DNA of 64,000 bases, from positions 32,001-96,000 of IMG/VR virus record IMGVR_UViG_3300021952_000001. One strand, 5' to 3'. This DNA comes from a virus. Taxonomy: Duplodnaviria; Caudoviricetes. Numbering within the stretch: the stretch's first letter is position 1; each line of letters opens with the position of its first letter. The position numbers were made by a program, and so were the translations under genes. The notes beneath the pieces are model-generated. The model searched no databases. It saw nothing but the letters and a program-made list of their open reading frames with translations, and had not been told where the DNA came from. Below, in pieces: positions 7,085 to 15,065 of the stretch.

Positions 7085-7255
7085 TTATTTCTTTTGTTTT
7101 TCTGCTAATGTTATACCAACAATGATTGGTAATATCACTGGAGCAATAAATAGTCCTACAAGTTGTCTTAATGAAAAAGATTCATTGTCTTGACTATTAT
7201 TTTCCAATATCATGCCTAGCATGATTAATTGGCTTACTATACAATAAAGAATCAT
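7085..7255 (-). CDS. 56-aa membrane protein (MILYCIVSQLIMLGM...)
   Basis: Manual translation; two hydrophobic stretches; ATGA overlap with the upstream gene. Confidence 0.6.
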   Translation of the reverse strand: MILYCIVSQLIMLGMILENNSQDNESFSLRQLVGLFIAPVILPIIVGITLAEKQKK

Positions 7256-7512
7256 CGTATTGCAGCTATTATGAGATCAGCAACAATACATATCACTGTA
7301 CCAACTACAAGACCAAAGAATGTTCCTGCTTTGAATGATAGATGTCCTCTTCTTTTCTCTATTTCTAATTCATCTCTTAGTTCACCAATCAAATCTTCTT
7401 GCAATTTAATGATTGAACTTCTTAGTTCATCAAGAGATTTTTGTTTCTTGATTAGTGTATCAAGCTTTTCTGTTAACTGTTCTACAGTTGGTTCTTGTTC
7501 TTGCTCTGCCAT
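7252..7512 (-). CDS. coiled-coil protein with a C-terminal membrane anchor
   Basis: Heptad-rich N-terminus and hydrophobic C-terminus. Confidence 0.7.
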   Translation of the reverse strand: MAEQEQEPTVEQLTEKLDTLIKKQKSLDELRSSIIKLQEDLIGELRDELEIEKRRGHLSFKAGTFFGLVVGTVICIVADLIIAAIR

Positions 7513-7523
7513 GTTTATTTAAT

Positions 7524-7754
7524 TTAACGGGTTTCTATTTTAATCTCGAAAATATCATCTGACATACAATAATCATCTAACATATCTCTTACTTGTTTAG
7601 CAAAATTTTTATTATTATTACCAAACACTTCAATAATGTACTTTGCCTGTCCTTCTTTCTTTCCACCAGGAACGAAATACTCTCTACTTGGTTCTGTTGT
7701 TTCTCTAATCTTATTATCTTTAGAAGAAACATAGAATGTACTTGTATTTGCCAT
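7524..7754 (-). CDS. hypothetical protein
   Basis: 76-aa ORF in the co-oriented array. Confidence 0.65.
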   Translation of the reverse strand: MANTSTFYVSSKDNKIRETTEPSREYFVPGGKKEGQAKYIIEVFGNNNKNFAKQVRDMLDDYCMSDDIFEIKIETR

Positions 7755-7766
7755 GCTTAGTTAATA

Positions 7767-7982
7767 TTAATCGTTTAATATTTTTTCAAAGAATGATGCT
7801 ATTCCACTTCCTGCAAATAATCCAAGAATAATCATTGATACTGACAGCAATGTTTCAGCTATTGGATGAACTATTGATTTGTTGTGTTTAATGTATATCC
7901 ATTCCTCAGGAAGAAAAAATGGACCTATTAATAGCAAAGCTGTTGCTATAGAAAATACTAACACAAGGATTGGTTTTCTCAT
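7767..7982 (-). CDS. small two-TM membrane protein
   Basis: Two hydrophobic segments. Confidence 0.65.
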   Translation of the reverse strand: MRKPILVLVFSIATALLLIGPFFLPEEWIYIKHNKSIVHPIAETLLSVSMIILGLFAGSGIASFFEKILND

Positions 7983-7993
7983 AATGTTTAAGT

Positions 7994-8161
7994 TTATGCT
8001 ATATTAAATAGCTTATTAAGTTTCTCTTCTAGTTTTGTTTTCTCAATCATATAGTCCATATATGATATCATGTTGGCTCCATATCTAAGCTCAATTGCAT
8101 CAAGCTTAGAATACAGGACATCAATCTCTGACATCCTGTTTCTTACTACTTCCATTGTCAT
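7994..8161 (-). CDS. 55-aa hypothetical protein (MTMEVVRNRMSEIDVLY...)
   Basis: Manual translation; start overlaps the upstream stop (TAATG). Confidence 0.55.
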   Translation of the reverse strand: MTMEVVRNRMSEIDVLYSKLDAIELRYGANMISYMDYMIEKTKLEEKLNKLFNIA

Positions 8162-8358
8162 TAGTAGTTCTGTTTATCATCATGAATTGTTGCTGCAAAA
8201 AGCATAGATACTGAAAATCCAAAAAAAGCAATAGCTCCTCTAAGATGTATATCCCATTGACTAATGTCAAATGATGCTGCTATAAATGCTCCTATTAGAT
8301 AAAACAATATCATGAAGCTCACGAATGTTATTATTGATTCTTTCATAAGATTATTCAT
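8161..8358 (-). CDS. small two-TM membrane protein
   Basis: Two hydrophobic segments separated by SFDISQWD. Confidence 0.65.
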   Translation of the reverse strand: MNNLMKESIITFVSFMILFYLIGAFIAASFDISQWDIHLRGAIAFFGFSVSMLFAATIHDDKQNY

Positions 8359-8387
8359 TATTATTCATTATTATTTATTTTTAAATA

Positions 8388-8534
8388 TTAATTTTCTGCT
8401 TCATCTAATTTCTGTTGTATGTAAGGCAAATAGTCTTTTAAATCATCGTCGTCAGATTTATTTATTAAATCATAAAGCCTTTTTAGATCCCAATATAAAA
8501 AATGAGTATCTAAATGTATAACATATTGGTCCAT
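8388..8534 (-). CDS. 48-aa hypothetical protein (MDQYVIHLDTHFLYWD...)
   Basis: Manual translation filling an intergenic gap on the operon strand. Confidence 0.5.
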   Translation of the reverse strand: MDQYVIHLDTHFLYWDLKRLYDLINKSDDDDLKDYLPYIQQKLDEAEN

Positions 8535-8544
8535 ATCTTATTTG

Positions 8545-8763
8545 TTATTTAAATTGAATGTAAATACTATCACTAACTTTCTCTACAACTAATGTATCAC
8601 CTGGTTCAGCCATATATATTTCCTCTGGATATGATATAGGCTTTTGTTGTGTCCATTTAGTTGTTTTATACTCTGATTGTAGTAAACCTACACTAACAAC
8701 TAATGCTGCTAGTGTAAATATTACTATAAGTATTGTTATTTTCTTGTTGATTTCTTTCTGCAT
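8545..8763 (-). CDS. membrane-anchored small protein
   Basis: N-terminal TM segment followed by ...PGDTLVV...DSIYIQF. Confidence 0.65.
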   Translation of the reverse strand: MQKEINKKITILIVIFTLAALVVSVGLLQSEYKTTKWTQQKPISYPEEIYMAEPGDTLVVEKVSDSIYIQFK

Positions 8764-8765
8764 GA

Positions 8766-9026
8766 TTATTTGGTATATCTGTTATTTGTATCTGCGTATT
8801 GATAGTTCTTTCTATTAAGAATAAAATCCATGAGTGTATCATATCTATATTCTTCTATTGTACAAAATATAGTCTTGATATAATATGTACGATGATCTTG
8901 CCAAAGCTCTTCTAGATTCTCAAAGCTTAAGTCCCATATAACTAATACAATAGTTGCTATTGCAAGAATTATATATTTGGTCAGCATATATAATACACCG
9001 ACCAATGTTCTAACTATATACTTCAT
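8766..9026 (-). CDS. membrane-associated hypothetical protein
   Basis: Hydrophobic N-terminal third; tight packing with neighbours. Confidence 0.65.
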   Translation of the reverse strand: MKYIVRTLVGVLYMLTKYIILAIATIVLVIWDLSFENLEELWQDHRTYYIKTIFCTIEEYRYDTLMDFILNRKNYQYADTNNRYTK

Positions 9027-9028
9027 AA

Positions 9029-9226
9029 CTAAAATGCTACAAGTCCATAATATGCGTTCTCACTATCTAATGCATATAGATCTTCATTATGTATGAAATC
9101 ATCTTCTGCAATAATACATTCAACAGCTTGTTGTATCTGTCTGATTGTAGATTGTTCTAATGTTGTACCAAATTGCATCAGAGTCATATCTGATAATCTG
9201 TCTAAGTTTGTTTGAGTTGTAACCAT
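9029..9226 (-). CDS. hypothetical protein
   Basis: 65 aa; leader motif directly upstream. Confidence 0.65.
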   Translation of the reverse strand: MVTTQTNLDRLSDMTLMQFGTTLEQSTIRQIQQAVECIIAEDDFIHNEDLYALDSENAYYGLVAF

Positions 9227-9247
9227 GATTATTAAGGATTTAATAGT

Positions 9248-9475
9248 TTATAATGTTTGTTTAGTTAATATGCCTATTAGTTCATCTCTATTAGGTCTTT
9301 TGTTCCTACATGCACTACATGTACATGGTTCAGTCTTAAACCTACCACAATGAGGAGCAAATATATACCCCTCATCAATAAGTTCTTTATACCAACCTAA
9401 GTCTATCCATCTCTGTAATGTTTTAGGATTGGATATTCTTGTTGTACCACAATCTGGTGCTGTCCATTGTTCCAT
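9248..9475 (-). CDS. Cys-rich, putative Zn-binding protein
   Basis: DCG...HCG...CTCSAC motifs. Confidence 0.65.
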   Translation of the reverse strand: MEQWTAPDCGTTRISNPKTLQRWIDLGWYKELIDEGYIFAPHCGRFKTEPCTCSACRNKRPNRDELIGILTKQTL

Positions 9476-9672
9476 TATAATGTTTGTTCAAGATCAGCTC
9501 CAACAATAAGAGCAGGAACCCAGCCTATAAATAACATAAGCCATCCAATACCAGCATTAGATATACATTCTTTATATGTCATATTAGATAGGACATAAAA
9601 CAATAGGCCAATTGTTAGCCAAGTGATTACTAATGTAGCTAACATAGCTAACATAATTTTAGTTGATTTCAT
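9475..9672 (-). CDS. small two-TM membrane protein
   Basis: Two hydrophobic segments; leader motif upstream. Confidence 0.65.
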   Translation of the reverse strand: MKSTKIMLAMLATLVITWLTIGLLFYVLSNMTYKECISNAGIGWLMLFIGWVPALIVGADLEQTL

Positions 9673-9686
9673 AATGTGTTTGTTTA

Positions 9687-10013
9687 TTAAGGATTATAAG
9701 TATTACATGTTAAGCACAAAACATATCCATGTGGATGTATAAATACATGTTTTCTTTCTGTTACAATTAACTCATCTGTAGCTTGAACAATTAAGTTCAT
9801 ATCAAGATAACTACAAGATTCATCTGGATAATATAATTCTCCTTTAGATAGGAAATCTTTAAATGATGGTAAATCTATTACATCTCCAACATTAAACTGA
9901 ATAGAAGGAAAATCATCACTGTAACATGCTATGTAATCAATTGCAGCCACTTGATTTTTTACATCATGATATATATAACCATCAATGTCTTGTATGTTTA
10001 TTTGTATTTTCAT
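9687..10013 (-). CDS. hypothetical protein
   Basis: 108-aa ORF; leader-motif variant upstream. Confidence 0.65.
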   Translation of the reverse strand: MKIQINIQDIDGYIYHDVKNQVAAIDYIACYSDDFPSIQFNVGDVIDLPSFKDFLSKGELYYPDESCSYLDMNLIVQATDELIVTERKHVFIHPHGYVLCLTCNTYNP

Positions 10014-10240
10014 AATATGTATTATTAAGGAGATTAATATTGTTTCTAATGTTTAATCAGACCGTAGAAGAGTCTGTAATAATGTTATATAAATATATAT
10101 TCATACTATATAAGAACTTAATATTTATATATAGGAATATGTTTAGTTAATGCTATATGTATTTGATTAGCATGTGATGTTGCATACAATGCTTTCAAGG
10201 GTTAAATACATGCCTATGTATCCACTGCTATATCATTACA

Positions 10241-10340
10241 CTCACAAAAAAGTTTTCTATATATACAGAAATAAACTTTTTACCTATATATATAGGACAA
10301 TAAACTTTTATTCTATATATAGGAGAAACTTTTTTATAGC
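10241..10340. repeat. imperfect tandem repeat (AAACTTTT...CTATATATAGGA, about 3-4 units)
   Basis: Units visible at ~10248, 10273, 10302 and 10326; includes the palindrome CCTATATATATAGG (10283-10296). Confidence 0.65.
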
Positions 10341-10387
10341 CCACCCAAATGATTTGTCAATCCCACCCTTATATATAGATGATAATG

Positions 10388-10425
10388 AAAAAAGAGTCTA
10401 CCAATTAAGGCAGACTCTTTTGTTT
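10388..10425. terminator. bidirectional intrinsic terminator
   Basis: AAAAAAGAGTCT-accaattaaggc-AGACTCTTTTGTTT, just downstream of the 10431-10829 gene. Confidence 0.7.
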
Positions 10426-10430
10426 GTTTA

Positions 10431-10829
10431 TTAGATTGCGTCTAACAATGCATTAACTCTTGTTTGAGACAATCCTGCAGTTGTAGCGTGAGCTTGAATT
10501 GCTGATTGAATGTCAATGTCCAATGATACTTCATCAATTGCGTCTTGAATCAAAGCCTCTTTGGTTTTGTAGATGCAAGTGATTTGGTCACGCAACACTG
10601 TTACAGCAACTCCATTGCTATCAACTAATGGTTCTCCATTACTATCAAGTTGTCCAATTGGTTTAGTAACAACATTAGCAAAGAATGGTAATGTTACATC
10701 AGCCTCTGTTGACCAACCATTATTTTCCATTACTCTTTTGTTAACAAAGTATCTTGTACCTTTGTTGTCGTAAGCTGAATAGTTTCCTGCTTCTGTGAAG
10801 TTACCACTGATGATTTTTACATTTTTCAT
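10431..10829 (-). CDS. hypothetical protein, first gene of the leftward arm
   Basis: 132-aa ORF with an A-rich leader, followed by a terminator. Confidence 0.75.
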   Translation of the reverse strand: MKNVKIISGNFTEAGNYSAYDNKGTRYFVNKRVMENNGWSTEADVTLPFFANVVTKPIGQLDSNGEPLVDSNGVAVTVLRDQITCIYKTKEALIQDAIDEVSLDIDIQSAIQAHATTAGLSQTRVNALLDAI

Positions 10830-10991
10830 GTTTTCTGTTTTTTAAATGATTATTGTTTATGTTAACTGTGGGGGGTATCCCCAATCTCTCAAATCGTACT
10901 GGGGGTCTTTGGATGGAGTGGTCAACACCCCCATATACACAAACGGTTTTTAGATTTTGAAAATTTTTTTTCCACATCCTCTCACAAAAGT

Positions 10992-11023
10992 TTTGTTCAT
11001 TAATATATTTTGTTTTACCTTTG
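10992..11023 (+). promoter_or_regulatory. Bacteroidota sigma-A-type promoter (rightward)
   Basis: TTTG-N20-TACCTTTG; a second -7-like box TATCTTTG lies at 11207-11214. Confidence 0.65.
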
Positions 11024-11233
11024 GCGGGTGGGTGGGTTTGTTCTATTAGAAGATCTATATATGATTGATCGTTATTTAACACATTTCTAGTTCCTTTGTA
11101 CAGAATAACGATCAATTCTTCTACATCCATGTACAGATACTAGTCCATAATATAGCATATGTATTAAAAAATATATGTAATGTATGTATTGTATATATTA
11201 TTTGTATATCTTTGTCTTATAGTTAACTAAATT

Positions 11234-11653
11234 ATGGAAGAGAGAAAGATTATAGTACAAACACTTAAGAAAGATGTAACCAACCATTTCATCTTAGCGG
11301 AGAAATACTATTCCATCCTATCAGCTATTAACAATCTTGGTCTTACACAAAGAGAGATACAGTTGGTAGCATTTACAGCTATCAAAGGAAACATTACATA
11401 TGCTAATGTTAGGGAGGAGTTTTGCAAGAAGTATAATACGACAAGTCCAACAATAAATAACATCATCAGTAAGTTAAAGAAGATGGGTATATTTATTAAG
11501 GAAGCAGGGAAGGTGAAGATCAATCCAGCTATTGTTGTAGATTTCAATAAGAATTTAACGTTAGTAATAAAGCTGGAACATGGAGAAACCAATGTCAATG
11601 TCAGTGAAGGAATGGATCATCAAGAAGATGGCCATCAAGATGGTGATATCTGA
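11234..11653 (+). CDS. winged-helix DNA-binding protein
   Basis: LTQREIQLV...TTSPTINNIISKLKKMGIFIKEAGKVKINP HTH-wing pattern. Confidence 0.65.
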   Translation: MEERKIIVQTLKKDVTNHFILAEKYYSILSAINNLGLTQREIQLVAFTAIKGNITYANVREEFCKKYNTTSPTINNIISKLKKMGIFIKEAGKVKINPAIVVDFNKNLTLVIKLEHGETNVNVSEGMDHQEDGHQDGDI

Positions 11654-11942
11654 GAAGGTGATTAATGACGTTGTCACACACCAGTTTGATTCAGCCAATG
11701 ACGCTTTAAATATTCATAAGAGTGTAGAGCTCTCTGGATTTGGTAAGTTCTATTTCAATGAAAAGAAGGCAATCAAAACAATGGAGAAGTATTCATCTCA
11801 GAAGGATATGTACGAAACTATATTGGAAGATCCAACAACAACAGATGCAAAGAGAGCTAATGTTCAAGTGAGACTGGCTAACTTATTGATTAGTATTAAA
11901 ACATTAAAACCAAAACTAAATGAAACTAGGACAGATATATGA
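11580..11942 (+). CDS. IHF/HU-like DNA-binding protein
   Basis: SVELSGFGKFYF matches the HU/IHF signature; crAss-like virion modules carry IHF-like genes. Confidence 0.7.
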   Translation: MEKPMSMSVKEWIIKKMAIKMVISEKVINDVVTHQFDSANDALNIHKSVELSGFGKFYFNEKKAIKTMEKYSSQKDMYETILEDPTTTDAKRANVQVRLANLLISIKTLKPKLNETRTDI

Positions 11943-12204
11943 GGGATGGAAGAATCATCTGCTTCCTGAAGATAGAAAGAAAGCATTCATTGAACATGTT
12001 AGCCAGGAACGAATGGATATATGTACACAATGTGAAGAGCATTCTTATAACAAACCAGAATACACAACAGTCAGACCTGATGCACATTGCACAAATTGTG
12101 GATGCACATTAGCTGCTAAGACAAAATGTCTTTCATGCGAATGCCCATTGAAGAAATGGGGACCAGTGGATGAACCTAATGACACATTATATGCAACTAC
12201 GTAA
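11920..12204 (+). CDS. Cys-rich Zn-binding hypothetical protein
   Basis: CTQC...HCTNCGC...CLSCECPLKKW. Confidence 0.7.
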   Translation: MKLGQIYEGWKNHLLPEDRKKAFIEHVSQERMDICTQCEEHSYNKPEYTTVRPDAHCTNCGCTLAAKTKCLSCECPLKKWGPVDEPNDTLYATT

Positions 12205-12430
12205 AATCCCTTTGGCAGAACTACTCACTATTCTTACAGAATTATATGAAGATGGTGTAGATTATATTGATATATCAGGAAAATCTTCTACAGCTACAGA
12301 GGACCCACAAGATCTTATTAAGATTACAGTGAGACCAGATTATATGAGTAAGGATGACACAGAAGAAAACACTTCTTCAAACATTGATGTGAGCAGATTG
12401 TCTGATACAGATATTAACGACCTAATATAA
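12188..12430 (+). CDS. hypothetical protein (start uncertain: MQLRKIPL...)
   Basis: ORF track gives 12170-12430; an internal Met near 12191 fits the gene packing better. Confidence 0.55.
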   Translation, partial: YMQLRKIPLAELLTILTELYEDGVDYIDISGKSSTATEDPQDLIKITVRPDYMSKDDTEENTSSNIDVSRLSDTDINDLI

Positions 12431-12436
12431 ACTCAC

Positions 12437-12706
12437 ATGAGTAGAAAACCAAACTACTATAAGCAAATCCTAACAGTGTTGGAAGATCTTCAAAAGAATC
12501 ATCCTACATATAATATAGGTAGACACATCTCTACAGCATTAGATGGATCAGATATTTGGAGCATTTCAGATAAAGACTTTTTACAAGTGCTTAAAGATTA
12601 CAGAGCAGAATTAGATTCTGATGTCATACATGAGGATGATGTTGATCTAATAATTAAACAAGGGCTAGACCTAAATCACATTCTAGACGAAGAGGAGGAG
12701 GATTAA
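12437..12706 (+). CDS. hypothetical protein with an acidic C-terminus
   Basis: 89-aa ORF in the operon. Confidence 0.65.
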   Translation: MSRKPNYYKQILTVLEDLQKNHPTYNIGRHISTALDGSDIWSISDKDFLQVLKDYRAELDSDVIHEDDVDLIIKQGLDLNHILDEEEED

Positions 12707-12710
12707 TACA

Positions 12711-13043
12711 ATGGCAATAAAGAAAACTACATACATCAATACAGAACTTGATTGGGCAGAACAACAACTAGCTTCTTGGAAGCAATATGTTGATGCTAAT
12801 CCATTACATGAGTTGAAAGATAGAATTGAATGGAAACCTACAGCTAAAGGAGGCTTGCTTCCTATGGTGATAGCATCAATTGAATCACAAGGAAAGTTTG
12901 TCCAAGAGACAATGAAGAACTATCTAGCTCTGTTAGAGCAAGTTGACAAACTACGTGAGAAAGAAGAAGCTAAGAAGGTAGAGACTAGAGGTGGTGCAGA
13001 GCTTGGAGCTATGGCAGAAGACTTCTTAAAAGGTAGACGATAA
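12711..13043 (+). CDS. putative terminase small subunit
   Basis: Helical 110-aa ORF coupled by TAATG to terL; function inferred from position only. Confidence 0.45.
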   Translation: MAIKKTTYINTELDWAEQQLASWKQYVDANPLHELKDRIEWKPTAKGGLLPMVIASIESQGKFVQETMKNYLALLEQVDKLREKEEAKKVETRGGAELGAMAEDFLKGRR

Positions 13044-15064
13044 TGCAATTACACACTATAGAATATAAAGATTGGTTCATCAATCAAGGACGTGTTCCAG
13101 ATAAAGCATCTGAGGAGTATAGAGAATTCTTTAACTTCCACAGAGAGCTTTGTATGAATGGATGTATGATGGATGGACAATATATCAATCCTTTTCTATA
13201 TTGGCATTTGAATATATGGCATACAGAGGTGGATATTCTAGATGAATATGGAAGAATCAACCAGAAATATGCAAACCCGCTTCTTAGAGATAATGAGTGG
13301 TTAGTAACAAACGAAATAGATAGAGCTCAGAAAGAGAAAAAAGGACTAGTGATACTTGGTATCCGAAGGTTTGCTAAGTCTGTATTAGAAGCTTCCTATA
13401 TAGGTCAGGGAGCTACATTTGATGAGAACTCACAGAATATTATTGCTGGATTGAATGCTCCCGATATAAAGCTTATTACAGATAAGATTGATAAAGGACT
13501 TAACTTTGTTCCAGAAGCTTGGAGATGGCAGAGAGTTGAAGATAACTGGAAGAATCAAGTTACATTAGGTATCAAGACTAAAGCTGGAGAGCGTATACCA
13601 TTTTCTCAGATCCTTATTCGTAACTTAGATGAAGGTAATAATGAGGAGGCTATTGCAGGTACTAAACCTCGTAGGCTTATTATTGATGAGATAGGTAAAG
13701 GAAGTTTCCTTAGAGGACTTCAAGCTGCCACACCTGGATTTACAACACCATTTGGTTGGGGATGTTCTCCTATATTAACAGGTACAGGTGGGGATATGAA
13801 GAAGTTTATGGATGCAAAGAGCTTAATGTTCGATGTGGAAAACTTCAACTTCTTAGAATATAACAGTGCTAAAGATGATAAACGAGTTCATGGACTTTTC
13901 ATCTCACATAAATATAGAATGGAAGCTAAAGAACCTTCCACTCTTGGTGCTTTCCTAGATGCACCAAAAGAATCTTCTTTACATGAAGTGTCTATGATGG
14001 TGTCAAATGAAGACCTTGCTACAAAGATTACCAATGATAACTTAGATAAGTTAAAAAAAGCTGGTGATAGAGTAGCATACCTGAAAGAGAAGATGTATTA
14101 CCCACAAGAGGTGGATGATATATTCTTGAATGAAGATACAAACATCTTTGATATAGAAGCTGCTAAACGTCAGAAGTTTAGACTGAGTCAACAAGAAAGA
14201 ACAGGGACACCTGTATTATTATACGATGATGGTCAAGGAGTTAGACATGAGTTTACAGATAAACTTCCTATAACAAACTTTCCATTAAAGAATACAGATC
14301 TTAAGGATGCACCTGTAGTGATATATGAGTTTCCTATAGAATCTCCTCCTTATGGATTATATGTAGCAGGTATTGACCCTTATAGACAAGGGAAGTCTGC
14401 ATATAGTTCATCTCTAGGATCTGTGTATATATACAAACGTATGCACGCTATTTCTGGAGAGAAATATCAAGATATGTTTGTTGCTAGTTATTGTGCTAGA
14501 CCAGATAAGAAAGAAACATGGGAAGAACAAGCACGTATGCTTATTAAGTATTACAATGCTAGAGCTCTATGTGAAAATGATGAGATCAGCTTTATTGACT
14601 ACATGATATCTAAAGGTGATGCACATTACTTGGAAAGACAACCAGATTGGTTGAAAGAGATTGTTCCAAATACCACAGTTAGAAGGGATTACGGAATACA
14701 TAGATCTTCTGAAAAGATTAGAGACTTTTTACATGGAGCTCTGAAAAAATATACAGAGGAAGTGATGCATGTAGAAAAAGATGATGAAGGAAACATCATT
14801 TCTGAAACTAAGGGTATGTCAAAGATATTTGATCCTGTGTTATTAGAAGAAATGATACAATATAATGAAGAGGGTAACTTTGACCGTATCATTGCTGCAG
14901 AGCTTGCAATAGCATTAGCAATGAAGTTAGATCCTATAATAGGAAGAGTGGGAGCAGAGAAAGATCCAAGAGCAGCAGCAATGTTCACTAAAAATAAAAA
15001 GAATACGCTTTTCACAGAAAGCAGATCAATGTTTAACACACCAAAAAGTAAATTGTTTAGATAA
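13043..15064 (+). CDS. terL: terminase large subunit (crAss-like)
   Basis: Walker A-like GIRRFAKS, Walker B LIIDEIG, coupling motif GTGG, nuclease AGIDPY and NFDRI; directly upstream of the portal. Confidence 0.92.
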   Translation: MQLHTIEYKDWFINQGRVPDKASEEYREFFNFHRELCMNGCMMDGQYINPFLYWHLNIWHTEVDILDEYGRINQKYANPLLRDNEWLVTNEIDRAQKEKKGLVILGIRRFAKSVLEASYIGQGATFDENSQNIIAGLNAPDIKLITDKIDKGLNFVPEAWRWQRVEDNWKNQVTLGIKTKAGERIPFSQILIRNLDEGNNEEAIAGTKPRRLIIDEIGKGSFLRGLQAATPGFTTPFGWGCSPILTGTGGDMKKFMDAKSLMFDVENFNFLEYNSAKDDKRVHGLFISHKYRMEAKEPSTLGAFLDAPKESSLHEVSMMVSNEDLATKITNDNLDKLKKAGDRVAYLKEKMYYPQEVDDIFLNEDTNIFDIEAAKRQKFRLSQQERTGTPVLLYDDGQGVRHEFTDKLPITNFPLKNTDLKDAPVVIYEFPIESPPYGLYVAGIDPYRQGKSAYSSSLGSVYIYKRMHAISGEKYQDMFVASYCARPDKKETWEEQARMLIKYYNARALCENDEISFIDYMISKGDAHYLERQPDWLKEIVPNTTVRRDYGIHRSSEKIRDFLHGALKKYTEEVMHVEKDDEGNIISETKGMSKIFDPVLLEEMIQYNEEGNFDRIIAAELAIALAMKLDPIIGRVGAEKDPRAAAMFTKNKKNTLFTESRSMFNTPKSKLFR

Positions 15065-15065
15065 A

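Noticed and set aside
10174-10434. 86-aa plus-strand ORF
   Set aside because: It runs through the AT-rich tandem repeat and terminator, giving a repetitive Y/I/F product; probably spurious.
10801-11130. 109-aa minus-strand ORF across the divergent region
   Set aside because: It spans the GC-run island and a rightward promoter and overlaps the next gene out of frame. A short 5' part could be real but I cannot support it.
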